DNA from: Gammaproteobacteria bacterium | Lineage (GTDB): Bacteria > Pseudomonadota > Gammaproteobacteria > Eutrophobiales > Eutrophobiaceae | Length of the DNA: 64,000 nucleotides | Direction: 5' to 3' | Assembly: GCA_963422205.2 (NCBI GenBank) | Contig: CAXMWX010000009.1 | Location: forward strand, 160,001-224,000 | In this document: positions 37,659 to 50,929 of the stretch, one piece after another | How the letters are laid out: every line of letters starts with the position of its first letter | Numbering within the stretch: the stretch's first letter is position 1 | Made by a program: the position numbers and the translations under genes | The notes under the pieces: model-generated | The model's database searches: none | Seen by the model: the letters and a program-made list of their open reading frames with translations, nothing else | Told to the model about the DNA's origin: nothing

Positions 37659-39425
37659 ATGTCAGCATCACCAGAGAGAAATGACCTTGTTCTGTATTTA
37701 CGGTTATTGTCTTATGTCAAAGTGTATTGGCACGGGTTTTGTGTTGCCATCATTGCCATGGTCGTGCTGGCCTTTATCACACCGGCCATCGCCGCCCTGT
37801 TTAAATACATCACCGCAGGCGTATTCATCCAGCAGGAAACCGAACTTGTTCGTTTGATCATTTTGCCCGTGCTGGTGTTATTTGCGGTTGCCAGTATCGC
37901 CTCCTATGTCAGCGAGTTTGCCATGTTCTGGGTAGCGAACAGGGTCATTATGGACTTGCGTATTGCCATGTTTGAGCGGCTGCTCATGCTGCCATGTGCC
38001 CGCCTGGATGCCGTCAACCCGGGCACGCTGACGGCCAAGTTCACCTTTGATGTTTTGCAATTAAAAGAGGCGGCAACCACCGCCCTGACGACAGCCGTAA
38101 AAGATACTTTAAGCATTGTCGGTCTCCTGGCCTGGATGTTGTATCTTGATCCGGCGATGACCCTGGTGGTGATACTGGCCGGCCCGTTTATCTCCATGGT
38201 GTTAATGATCATCAGAAAACGCCTGCGTAAAATGGGGCGAGAGGTGCAGGAATCCATGGGCGATATACACCACATACTGGATGAGTCCATCAGCGCCCAT
38301 CGCATCATCAAGATCTATGGTGGCCAGCCACAGGCACTGAAACGCTTCACCCGCCAGGCCAATAAAAACCGCTTGCAAAACATGAAATTCAGCATCGCTG
38401 CTGCGGCCAGCTCGCCTGTTATACAGATCATCACCGCCTTTGCGCTGGCGGCGATCATCACCCTTGCCGCCGCCAGTGCGGCCAGCGGCGAGATGCAGGT
38501 TGATGAGTTCAATTCCTTTTTTGCCGCCTTGCTGATGATCTTAAGCCCAATCAAACGCTTATCCCGCATTAACGAACACATCCAGCGTGGTCTGGCGGCC
38601 TGTGAGAGCGTCTTTGGTTTTATCGATCAGCCGGCAGAGAAAGACGAACCAAAGATACGCCCTGTGGAGGTTGGCGGGCATTTGCAGTGCCGAGGGCTTG
38701 GCTTTCGTTATGCCGACAGCAAGGCACCGGTTCTGGAGGATATCTCTATCACGATTAAGCCGGGCATGACAGTGGCGCTGGTAGGGCACTCTGGCAGCGG
38801 GAAAAGCACGCTGGTGAATCTGCTCCCGCGTTTGTATGATTATGCCACAGGGGAGATCCTGCTGGATGGAAGCGACATCCGTTCTCTGCCTTTACGTCAG
38901 TTGCGTAGTGCCATTGCCTATGTCAGCCAGGATATTATTCTGTTTAATGATACGGTCAGAAACAATATTGCCTATGGTGCTACGGCTGATGCTACCGAGG
39001 CCATGATTATCAAGGCGGCCGAGAAGGCCAATGCGTTGCCGTTTATCCAGGCCCTGCCGCAGGGCTTTGATACGCTGGTGGGTAACCGCGGCGCACGTCT
39101 GTCCGGCGGTCAGCAACAGCGGATTGCGCTGGCGAGAGCATTTCTAAAAGATGCCCCGCTGCTGATTCTGGATGAGGCCACCTCAGCACTGGACACAGAA
39201 TCTGAGTGCCTGATTCGAAAGGCCATGGAGGCGATCAAAAAAGATCGCACCTGTCTAATTGTTGCCCATCGTTTGTCGACTATTGAATCGGCTGATCATA
39301 TCTTTGTGTTGGCCGATGGCCGTCTCGTTGATCAGGGCAGGCACAGCGATTTAATCAGCAGGGGCGGTGTGTATGCACGCCTGCATCAGTCAATACACGA
39401 GAAACAAAACGCAACCAGCGCTTAA
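37659..39425 (+). CDS. msbA: Lipid A export ABC transporter (MsbA family)
   Basis: TM domain plus GHSGSGKS, LSGGQ, LILDEATSALD; QRGLAACES. Confidence 0.85.
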   Translation: MSASPERNDLVLYLRLLSYVKVYWHGFCVAIIAMVVLAFITPAIAALFKYITAGVFIQQETELVRLIILPVLVLFAVASIASYVSEFAMFWVANRVIMDLRIAMFERLLMLPCARLDAVNPGTLTAKFTFDVLQLKEAATTALTTAVKDTLSIVGLLAWMLYLDPAMTLVVILAGPFISMVLMIIRKRLRKMGREVQESMGDIHHILDESISAHRIIKIYGGQPQALKRFTRQANKNRLQNMKFSIAAAASSPVIQIITAFALAAIITLAAASAASGEMQVDEFNSFFAALLMILSPIKRLSRINEHIQRGLAACESVFGFIDQPAEKDEPKIRPVEVGGHLQCRGLGFRYADSKAPVLEDISITIKPGMTVALVGHSGSGKSTLVNLLPRLYDYATGEILLDGSDIRSLPLRQLRSAIAYVSQDIILFNDTVRNNIAYGATADATEAMIIKAAEKANALPFIQALPQGFDTLVGNRGARLSGGQQQRIALARAFLKDAPLLILDEATSALDTESECLIRKAMEAIKKDRTCLIVAHRLSTIESADHIFVLADGRLVDQGRHSDLISRGGVYARLHQSIHEKQNATSA

Positions 39426-39540
39426 ATGATACACTTCGGGCTAACGCATAATTTACAATACTTTACTTGATTTTTAATAATAGCCTAACGATGCGGGCGT
39501 ATGATGTCGCTGAACAATAATAAAAAGGCGTGAAACCACC

Positions 39541-40725
39541 GTGATGAATCCAGGGCTTGCTCATCTTAGTTTTTTGCTTGTTGATGATGATGTGTCGTCT
39601 TATTTGCTCACGGAGAGGTTGTTGCAAAGGATAGGCATCACCGAAATCATCGCTGCCGTTAATGGCAAGGACGCCATAGAAAAGCTGATCCATGCCAGTC
39701 GTCCCTTTGATGTGATCATTTGCGATCTGAACATGCCGGTCATGGACGGGATCCAGTTTCTACGGCATCTGGCCGTGATAAAATACGCAGGCACCATCAT
39801 CTTCCTGAGTGGTGAGGATGAGCGCATATTATCCTCCGCCTGCCAGTTAGCAGAGGCACATAAGTTAAAAATCCTCACCGCCATCTCAAAGCCGGTCTCA
39901 AAAGCACAGCTACTGGATCGGCTGGCCGAGCTCAAACAGCAGGCGGATGGCCGGCTGGGGATGGCGGCAGTGCCGATCGATAAAGATGAGTTAATTACCG
40001 GACTAAAGCAAGATGCGCTGGAATTTGTCTTGCAGCCAAAGGTTGAGATCAGCTCCGGGAAGACCACCGGGGCAGAGGTGCTGGCACGCTGGAATCATTC
40101 AAGCCGCGGCTTGCTGGAGCCTGGCTCGTTTATTCCCCTGGCGGAGGAGATCGGCGCCATCAATGAATTGACCCGGCTGATCTACCGGAAGGCGATTGAG
40201 CAGGTCAAGCAATGGCAGCAGAAGAACATCGATATGAAGGTGTCTGTCAATATTCCCATGCACTCGCTGGAAGAGTTGTCATTTTTTGATTTTATTATTG
40301 CCTCGATAGAGGCCGAACACATTGATCCCCGTGTGTTGATCCTGGAAGTGACCGAGACACAGATCATGCAGAACGTAGCCAGCGCCCTGGAGACCCTGAC
40401 CCGTCTGGGTATGAGGAAGCTGGGTTTGTCCATTGATGATTTCGGTACCGGCTACTCCTCGATGGAGCAATTAAAGCAGATTCCGTTTACGGAACTAAAG
40501 GTCGATCGGGCCTTTGTCTTCGGTGCTGACAAGGATACGGCCATGCAGGCTATTTTGGAGTCCAGCATTGATCTGGCGCACAAGTTAAACCTGGAGATCG
40601 TCGCCGAAGGCGTGGAGACACAGGCCGAGTGTGAGTTGTTATCGGAGTTAGGCTGTGATTGCGCGCAGGGCTATTATTATGCCAAGCCGATGAGCAGCGA
40701 TGAGTTTGAAGCCTGGTTAAGGTAG
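39541..40725 (+). CDS. Response regulator with EAL c-di-GMP phosphodiesterase domain
   Basis: REC domain (LLVDDD, CDLNMPVMDG) and EAL domain (QPK, AEVLARW, IDDFGTGYSS, EGVE, QGY). Confidence 0.93.
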   Translation: MMNPGLAHLSFLLVDDDVSSYLLTERLLQRIGITEIIAAVNGKDAIEKLIHASRPFDVIICDLNMPVMDGIQFLRHLAVIKYAGTIIFLSGEDERILSSACQLAEAHKLKILTAISKPVSKAQLLDRLAELKQQADGRLGMAAVPIDKDELITGLKQDALEFVLQPKVEISSGKTTGAEVLARWNHSSRGLLEPGSFIPLAEEIGAINELTRLIYRKAIEQVKQWQQKNIDMKVSVNIPMHSLEELSFFDFIIASIEAEHIDPRVLILEVTETQIMQNVASALETLTRLGMRKLGLSIDDFGTGYSSMEQLKQIPFTELKVDRAFVFGADKDTAMQAILESSIDLAHKLNLEIVAEGVETQAECELLSELGCDCAQGYYYAKPMSSDEFEAWLR

Positions 40726-40914
40726 TCAGGTCAGGCAAGTTTCAGGCAAATCTCCGCCGGGCGGGTTGGCCATAAAAAGCCGGCATCTCTCCATGGGGGA
40801 TGAGGAGAATGTCTGTGCTGGTGATAAGCTCATACCCACCCCCGTGGCCTTGCCCTGCCAGTGAACCGAGGTTCTGATATACTGCCCCCCAGTCAATTCT
40901 GATGCCGCCCCCCC

Positions 40915-41632
40915 GTATCTGATTCCTTGTTTAAGCTGGTCGTGTCGAAGTTTGGTTGTATCGGTGTGGCCCCTTTGCTTGATCTATACTCAATGAGTGT
41001 GCTGACCGGCAGAGGACCTGGAGGCAAGAGCGTTTACCAGTGGCGCGAAACTTGCCCCGGATTCCTGTCAGGCGATCGTTGAGTCGTTGCTTGCTTATCG
41101 GCAAGGATAAAAGAATACAACATGACGGACATGACCCCGACCAACCGGGGCTATCTTATCCTGCCCTTTGATCCGATGTTAGGTGTGCGCCGGGAATTTA
41201 TCGATCCTGCTGAAATGAGCTTGTTCAATGCTGACATCATTGAGGTGCTGGCAGCCCCGGTGCAGTACACTACATACAAGGGCTGCTGGATGGCGTTATT
41301 GCGGCACTGCCGAAGATCGTTGCCGATGCCGGGACTGTCGTGGCGGCGGCAGAGTTCAGCAATCCTTACGCTGCCGCCAAAGCCCTGGCTGCACTCACGC
41401 TGTTCGAGACGGTCGCCAGGCCCACCACCCGGACCTGTTTTATGGTGCAGGAGTCGGCGCGGTATATTCCGCTTGCCGCTGCCGGCCATGGAGTTTTGTG
41501 CATGGCAGCGGGGCTGGCCGTGCCGCCCGTGAAATGGAAAAGGCTGGCGATACGGTGTATCGTCGCTCTCAACCGCCCGATGGCCAGCCTCGTCGTAACA
41601 AAAAACTGCTGGACAAACCCGTATTCGAATAG
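40915..41632 (+). pseudogene. mtd: F420-dependent methylenetetrahydromethanopterin dehydrogenase (archaeal-type Mtd), degraded
   Basis: Joined frames give KFGCIGVAPLLDL / ILNECADR / EDLEARAFTSGAKL ... GYLILPFDPMLGVRREFIDPAEMSLFNADIIEVLA / EFSNPYAAAKALAA...CFMVQESARYIPLAAAGH / AREMEKAGDTVYR...KLLDKP, colinear with Mtd motifs. Confidence 0.85.
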
Positions 41633-41808
41633 GCTGGCCAGCAAATTCACCAGAATATCTGCCCAGAAGTATTCGCCCCAGGAATATCTTCATCAGAAAT
41701 AGCTGCTCAGGAAATGACCGCTGGCATGACTTTCTGCACCTTAGATGCCAGCAGCAGACCAATATGCCATAATGACCAGGCGGGCATCGGTGATGCAGGG
41801 ATAAACTT

Positions 41809-42582
41809 ATGACAAAAATCATTGCGGTGGCAAATCAGAAGGGCGGGGTAGGCAAGACCACCACCAGCGTCAATCTGGCCGCCTCCATAGCGGCGACTCG
41901 GCGCACAACCCTGCTGATTGATCTGGACCCGCAGGGCAATGCCACGATGGGCAGCGGCGTGGATAAGGGCCGGGTTAAGTTAAGCAGTTATGATGTACTG
42001 ATGACGGAGAGGGGCCTGTCGGAGGCCGTGGTGGCCGCACCGGGGGGTGATTTTGATTTACTGCCGGGCAATGCCGACCTGACCGGCGCTGAGGTGGCCT
42101 TGCTGGAAGAGATAGCACGGGAGGTTCGCCTACGCAGGGCGATTGAGGCCATCAAAAACCCGTATGATTTTATCTTCATTGACTGCCCCCCCGCCTTGAA
42201 CATGCTGACAATCAACGCCCTGGTGGCTGCAGATGCGGTCATCATCCCCATGCAGTGTGAGTATTATGCCTTGGAAGGGTTGGCCGCATTGCAGCAGACG
42301 ATTAAAAAAATACGCCGGTTTCTGAATCCGCATCTGAAGGTGGAAGGGCTGTTACGCACCATGTATGACCCGCGCAATAACTTAGCTAACGAGGTTTCAG
42401 CCGAGTTGCTGGAGCGCTACGGTGACAAGGTCTATCGCACCATCATCCCGCGCAATGTGCGCCTGGCCGAGGCCCCCAGCTACGGCCTGCCGGTGATCAG
42501 ATACGATAAGAGCTCGCGCGGCGCCTTGGCCTATCTGGCACTGGCCGGCGAGATGCTCAACCGCGAGGAAAAGGCTGCCTGA
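41809..42582 (+). CDS. parA: Chromosome partitioning ATPase Soj/ParA
   Basis: NQKGGVGKTT, DLDPQGNAT, QCEYYALEG, IPRNVRLAEAPS. Confidence 0.97.
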   Translation: MTKIIAVANQKGGVGKTTTSVNLAASIAATRRTTLLIDLDPQGNATMGSGVDKGRVKLSSYDVLMTERGLSEAVVAAPGGDFDLLPGNADLTGAEVALLEEIAREVRLRRAIEAIKNPYDFIFIDCPPALNMLTINALVAADAVIIPMQCEYYALEGLAALQQTIKKIRRFLNPHLKVEGLLRTMYDPRNNLANEVSAELLERYGDKVYRTIIPRNVRLAEAPSYGLPVIRYDKSSRGALAYLALAGEMLNREEKAA

Positions 42583-42628
42583 GGGCGCATCTCCTCACCA
42601 CACACAACCAACGATAGACTGATATCCT

Positions 42629-43513
42629 ATGGCGGCGAGAAAACGCGGCTTGGGTAAGGGCCTGGATGCCTTGTTAGGCCCGAACACGGCCACGGATTTT
42701 ACCAGCGTGGACGGGGCGGAGGAGTTGCGACATATTCCGGTCGATCTGCTCCAGCGCAGCACCTGCCAGCCCCGGACTGAGTTTGATAAAGACAGCTTGC
42801 AGGAATTGTCCGAATCCATCCGCCAGCAAGGCGTGGTGCAGCCGGTCATCGTGCGTCCGCTGGCAAACAGCGAGAAATTCGAAATTATTGCCGGCGAGCG
42901 GCGCTGGCGGGCAGCGCAAATGGCGGCCCTGCATGAAGTACCCGCCATCGTAAGGCAGATGGATGATCAGGCCTGCATGTGCCTCGCCCTGATTGAGAAT
43001 ATTCAGCGAGAGGACTTAAACCCCCTGGATACGGCCGCTGGCCTGGCCCGCCTGATTGATGAGTTTGCCATGACCCATGAGCAGGTGTCACAGGCTGTGG
43101 GGCGTTCCAGGGCAGCGGTGAGTAATCTGTTACGTCTGCTGGAATTGGCCTCGCCAGTAAAACAGCTGCTGCTGGCCGGCAAGCTGGATATGGGACATGC
43201 CCGTGCTTTGCTGAGCCTGCCCGCCGCCCGGCAGCTTGCCGCTGCCCGGCAGATTGTCCGCCAGGGGCTGACCGTCAGGGCCGCAGAAGCATTGGCTAAA
43301 GATCAGCAAGGGACTGAAGATAAAAAGAAAAAGAGGGCGCAAAAGAAAGACCCGGATATTCAAAGACTGGAAAACGCGCTGGCCGAACAGCTGGGTGCAG
43401 AAACCGCCATCAGGCACCAGAAAAACGGCAGGGGCGTGTTGCGGATTCGTTATAATTCAGTGCATGAACTGGACGGGATCCTGGCCCGGATGGGTAATAA
43501 ACTGCCCGAATAA
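42629..43513 (+). CDS. parB: Chromosome partitioning protein ParB
   Basis: RGLGKGLDALL, QPR, AGERRWRA, LIENIQREDL. Confidence 0.97.
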   Translation: MAARKRGLGKGLDALLGPNTATDFTSVDGAEELRHIPVDLLQRSTCQPRTEFDKDSLQELSESIRQQGVVQPVIVRPLANSEKFEIIAGERRWRAAQMAALHEVPAIVRQMDDQACMCLALIENIQREDLNPLDTAAGLARLIDEFAMTHEQVSQAVGRSRAAVSNLLRLLELASPVKQLLLAGKLDMGHARALLSLPAARQLAAARQIVRQGLTVRAAEALAKDQQGTEDKKKKRAQKKDPDIQRLENALAEQLGAETAIRHQKNGRGVLRIRYNSVHELDGILARMGNKLPE

Positions 43514-43730
43514 ATTGACCAGAGACAGTGGTCAGGGCGCAGTCGTTTGTGCATTGCGGCATATTGATTCAACCCGCATAAATCTTTATACTTGGACGCC
43601 AACGCATCATCTGCTGGCGGAATAAGGGAGGCAATGCAAGCCAAAAGCAGATAGCCCCGATAAGCGAATAGTCAAGCGACGGGTTGGAAAATCAGGCACA
43701 GAATATGCTTATAGATGATGCTGGCCGGGG

Positions 43731-45341
<1,611 letters not shown>

Positions 45342-45378
45342 CTGCCACCACAAGCCGCGACACCATGAGGTCACCAAC

Positions 45379-45849
45379 GTGAATTTTAATGCCACTTTGT
45401 TCGGGCAAACCATTGCGTTTGCCATCTTTGTCTGGTTCACCATGAAATACATCTGGCCGCTTTTGCTAAAGCAGATGCAGGACCGGGAAGCGCGCATTGC
45501 CGATGGCTTGGCAGCTGCTCAAAAAGGCCAGGAAATGCTGGCCGAGGCCGAGGCCAGGATGATCGAGCTGGTTGATGAGGGTAAGCAACAGGCGGCCAGC
45601 ATTGTTGCCCAGGGGCAAAGGCGGCATGATGAGTTGGTTGAGGAGGCCAAGCAGGATGCCAGCCGGGAGCGCGAGCAGATCCTCGCCGCCGCCAAGGCGG
45701 AAATTGAGCAGGAGAAGACGCAGGCCAGAGAGCAACTGCGTACCGAGGTCGTTGCCCTGGCGCTGGCCGGCGTCAAGCAGATCCTCCTGCGGGAAGTTGA
45801 CCGCAATGCCCATAACGATGTGCTGAACAGGATTAGCAGCGAGTTGTAG
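45379..45849 (+). CDS. atpF: ATP synthase F0 subunit b
   Basis: NATLFGQ, MKYIWP, IADGL. Confidence 0.97.
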   Translation: MNFNATLFGQTIAFAIFVWFTMKYIWPLLLKQMQDREARIADGLAAAQKGQEMLAEAEARMIELVDEGKQQAASIVAQGQRRHDELVEEAKQDASREREQILAAAKAEIEQEKTQAREQLRTEVVALALAGVKQILLREVDRNAHNDVLNRISSEL

Positions 45850-45864
45850 CGGGCGCCGGGAAAT

Positions 45865-46398
45865 ATGTCTGAAAAATCCACCCTCGCTCGCCCCTATGCA
45901 CAGGCGGTATTTGAATTATCGCAACAGACGGCAGCTGCCGGGCAATGGTCACAGAGCCTGGCCTTGCTGAATCGTATCGTGGCCGATGAGCAGATGTCTG
46001 CCCTGCTGAATAACCCGAAAGTGACCCGCCAGCAGATTCTCGATATCATCACAGAAATCGGCAGCGAGCATCTGGCGCCACAGGCAATCAACTTCGTCAA
46101 GGTACTGCTTGCCGCTGGCCGTTTGCAGTACCTGCCGGAAATTGTCAGCTTGTTTGAATCCATGCGTGCTGGTGCTGAGGGTAAGGCGGATGTGGAGATC
46201 ATTGCCGCCTATGCGTTGGATGCGGCCCAAAGGGATGCCATCGCCCGCCGCATCAGTCAGCGTCTGGGCAAGGAGGTCAGCATCACGACCAGCGTGGATA
46301 AATCCCTGATCGGCGGGGCGATCATCCGCACCGGCGATTCAGTGATTGATGCCTCTCTCAGCGGTCAGCTACAGAAACTGGGGCTTAGGCTTGCTTGA
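45865..46398 (+). CDS. atpH: ATP synthase F1 subunit delta
   Basis: TLARPYAQA, LIGG, VIDAS. Confidence 0.97.
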   Translation: MSEKSTLARPYAQAVFELSQQTAAAGQWSQSLALLNRIVADEQMSALLNNPKVTRQQILDIITEIGSEHLAPQAINFVKVLLAAGRLQYLPEIVSLFESMRAGAEGKADVEIIAAYALDAAQRDAIARRISQRLGKEVSITTSVDKSLIGGAIIRTGDSVIDASLSGQLQKLGLRLA

Positions 46399-46553
46399 AG
46401 GGAAAATAAATAAAAATTCTGCCATCGCCAGGGATGGAGTGCATACCAGGCAAGCCTCGGGAACGATGGCGGCCTTTCCTGTTTTGACAGCTCCTGGACG
46501 GACTGATGCAAAACATAAAATGACGTTTAATTTTGGTAAAGTGAGGAACAGCG

Positions 46554-48095
46554 ATGTCAATCAGCGCAACAGAAATCAGTGAACTTATCAAGAAAAAGAT
46601 TCAGGATTTCGACTTGGACACGGAAGCCCGCACCGAAGGCACGGTGGTCAGCCTGTCTGATGGTATTACCCGCATTCACGGCTTGAGCGATGCCATGCAG
46701 GGCGAGATGATCGAGTTTCCCGGCAACACCTATGGTCTTGCGCTGAACCTGGAGCGCGATTCCGTGGGCGCGGTCATCCTGGGTAACTATGAGCATATCA
46801 GTGAGGGGGATACCGCCAAGTGCACCAAGCGTATCCTTGAGGTGCCGGTAGGCGAGGCCATGCTGGGCCGGGTGGTGAATTCACTTGGCAGCCCGATCGA
46901 TGGCAAGGGCGACATCAACGCAACGCACTCCTCGCCGATAGAGAAGATCGCCCCCGGGGTGATTGCCAGGCAGTCAGTTGCACAGCCAGTGCAGACCGGG
47001 CTGAAATCGATTGACTCCATGGTGCCGATTGGTCGCGGTCAGCGTGAGTTGATCATCGGCGACCGGCAGACGGGCAAGACGGCGGTGGCGGTGGACACCA
47101 TCATCAGCCAGAAGGGCACCGGCATCAAGTGTATCTATGTGGCGATCGGCCAGAAGGCGTCTTCTATTAACGTGGTGATTCGCAAGCTGGAAGAGCACGG
47201 GGCGATGGAACACACGATCATTGTGGCCGCCACTGCCTCCGATTCAGCCGCCATGCAGTACATCGCACCTTACGCCGGCTGTGCCATGGGTGAATACTTC
47301 CGCGACCGTGGCGAGGATGCCTTGATCATCTACGATGACTTGACCAAGCAGGCCTGGGCCTATCGCCAGGTTTCCCTGCTGCTGAAACGCCCGCCGGGGC
47401 GTGAAGCCTATCCGGGCGATGTGTTTTATCTGCATTCCCGTCTGCTGGAGCGCGCTGCACGTATCAATGCGGACGAGGTTGAGAAGCTCACTGATGGTAA
47501 AGTGAAAGGCCAGACCGGCTCGCTCACCGCCCTGCCGATCATTGAAACCCAGGCCGGCGATGTGTCTGCTTTTGTGCCGACCAACGTGATCTCCATCACC
47601 GATGGCCAGATCTATCTGGAGACCGATCTGTTTAACTCCGGCTTTCGTCCGGCGATCAACGCCGGGCTATCGGTCTCTCGCGTGGGCGGGGCGGCGCAGA
47701 CCAGGATCATCAAAAAACTGGGGGGCGGGATTCGCCTCGCGCTGGCGCAGTATCGCGAGCTGGCCGCTTTTGCCCAGTTCGCCTCCGATCTGGACGAGGC
47801 CACCCGCAAGCAGCTGGAACGTGGGCAGCGCGTCATGGAATTGATGAAGCAAAAACAATACACGCCGCTGAGCATGGCCGCTATGGCGGTCAGCCTGTAT
47901 GCGGTTGAGCATGGTTTCCTGGACGATGTTGAACTAGAGAAAGTGGGCGACTTTGAAGCGGCACTACATGCCTATATGCATGGCGAGCAGAAAGACCTGA
48001 TCAGCAGGATCAATGAATCCGGCGATTATGATGATGACATTGAAGCGGCCTTGAAATCGTCTATTGAAGGTTTCATTAAAAACAGCACCTGGTAA
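46554..48095 (+). CDS. atpA: ATP synthase F1 subunit alpha
   Basis: [18 protein letters not shown]. Confidence 0.99.
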   Translation: MSISATEISELIKKKIQDFDLDTEARTEGTVVSLSDGITRIHGLSDAMQGEMIEFPGNTYGLALNLERDSVGAVILGNYEHISEGDTAKCTKRILEVPVGEAMLGRVVNSLGSPIDGKGDINATHSSPIEKIAPGVIARQSVAQPVQTGLKSIDSMVPIGRGQRELIIGDRQTGKTAVAVDTIISQKGTGIKCIYVAIGQKASSINVVIRKLEEHGAMEHTIIVAATASDSAAMQYIAPYAGCAMGEYFRDRGEDALIIYDDLTKQAWAYRQVSLLLKRPPGREAYPGDVFYLHSRLLERAARINADEVEKLTDGKVKGQTGSLTALPIIETQAGDVSAFVPTNVISITDGQIYLETDLFNSGFRPAINAGLSVSRVGGAAQTRIIKKLGGGIRLALAQYRELAAFAQFASDLDEATRKQLERGQRVMELMKQKQYTPLSMAAMAVSLYAVEHGFLDDVELEKVGDFEAALHAYMHGEQKDLISRINESGDYDDDIEAALKSSIEGFIKNSTW

Positions 48096-48101
48096 GGATA
48101 C

Positions 48102-48965
48102 ATGGCCGTCGGCAAAGAAATACGCACCAAGATCGCCAGCGTTAAAAATACGCAGAAGATCACCAAGGCGATGGAGATGGTGGCTGCCAGCAAGATGCGT
48201 AAGGCTCAAGATCGCATGCGCGCCGCCCAGCCCTATGCCGACAAGATCAGAAATGTGATGGCGCATCTGGGCGCCGCCCACCCGGAATACAAACATCCCT
48301 ACCTGCAACCTCGGTCAGAGGTGAAGCGGGTCGGTCTCATCGTCATCTCCACCGACCGGGGGTTATGCGGCGGTTTGAACAGCAATCTGTTTCGTGATCT
48401 GCTGAAGCGGATGCAAAACTGGGACAGTCAGGGAATAGAAATTGATCTGAGTATCATCGGCAACAAGGCGGTGGGGTTTTTCTCTCGCATTAAATCCAAC
48501 ATCGTTGCACAGAAGGCGCACATTGGCGATGAGCCAGGATTGGACATGCTGATCGGCACTGTCAAGATCATGCTGGATTCTTACACAGAAGAGAAGATTG
48601 ATGCGTTGTACATTGCCTCGAATCATTTTGTCAATTCCATGACGCAGTCACCCGTGGTGGAGCAGTTGGTGCCGATCCGGGCAACAGAAGATAAAGATCT
48701 GCGTCATCACTGGGATTATATCTATGAGCCGGATGCCAAAGAGGTGCTGGATCAGCTGCTGCAACGTTATGTCGAATCACTGGTGTATCAAAACGTCGTG
48801 GAGAACATAGCCTGTGAGCAGGCGGCCAGGATGGTGGCCATGAAGAGTGCTTCGGATAATGCCGGTACGCTCATCGATGAGTTGCAACTGGTCTATAACA
48901 AGGCGCGCCAGGCGGCGATTACCCAGGAGCTGTCGGAAATCGTTGGCGGGGCGGCAGCCGTTTAA
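48102..48965 (+). CDS. atpG: ATP synthase F1 subunit gamma
   Basis: [24 protein letters not shown]. Confidence 0.99.
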   Translation: MAVGKEIRTKIASVKNTQKITKAMEMVAASKMRKAQDRMRAAQPYADKIRNVMAHLGAAHPEYKHPYLQPRSEVKRVGLIVISTDRGLCGGLNSNLFRDLLKRMQNWDSQGIEIDLSIIGNKAVGFFSRIKSNIVAQKAHIGDEPGLDMLIGTVKIMLDSYTEEKIDALYIASNHFVNSMTQSPVVEQLVPIRATEDKDLRHHWDYIYEPDAKEVLDQLLQRYVESLVYQNVVENIACEQAARMVAMKSASDNAGTLIDELQLVYNKARQAAITQELSEIVGGAAAV

Positions 48966-48992
48966 TGAACATTTTATCGAGACGTCAACTGA

Positions 48993-50408
<1,416 letters not shown>

Positions 50409-50423
50409 GGCAGCGAGAGCACG

Positions 50424-50846
50424 ATGCCCACAATTCAGGTTGATATCGTCAGTGCCGAGCGTGAGATTTTCTCCGGTGAAGCGGCTATGGTGTTTGCACC
50501 GGCGGTGCTTGGTGAGATGGGGATCGCCCCTGGCCATACGCCCCTGGTCACCCGCTTGGCCCCCGGCGAAGTGCGCGTGAAACAGACCGATGGCAGCGAG
50601 GCCGGGTTTTATGTCTCCGGCGGTATGCTGGAAGTCCAGCCCAAGGTGGTGACCGTGCTTTCCGACACCGCCACGCGCGCCGAGGATCTCGACGAGGCGG
50701 CGGTGCTCAAGGCCAAGGCCGAGGCCGAGAGACAGCTGCATGATCGTGAGGCCAGCATCGATTTTGCCACCGCCCTGGCGGAGAATGCTGAACTGGCCGC
50801 CCAACTGCAAGCGATCCGGCGGTTAAAGAAACGCGCCGGACGTTAA
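50424..50846 (+). CDS. atpC: ATP synthase F1 subunit epsilon
   Basis: DIVSAE, GIAPGHTPL, SGGMLEVQP. Confidence 0.98.
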   Translation: MPTIQVDIVSAEREIFSGEAAMVFAPAVLGEMGIAPGHTPLVTRLAPGEVRVKQTDGSEAGFYVSGGMLEVQPKVVTVLSDTATRAEDLDEAAVLKAKAEAERQLHDREASIDFATALAENAELAAQLQAIRRLKKRAGR

Positions 50847-50929
50847 CCAACCATCACCATCAGGTAAAACAGGGCTGACAAGGCGATCGCCATTGACGGC
50901 TGGTACATGCACGCCAGGGAGATCCCGCC

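Noticed and set aside
41151-41822. 223-aa minus-strand ORF, and plus-strand ORFs at 41122, 41228 and 41340 as separate genes
   Set aside because: Better explained as the shadow and frame fragments of the mtd pseudogene
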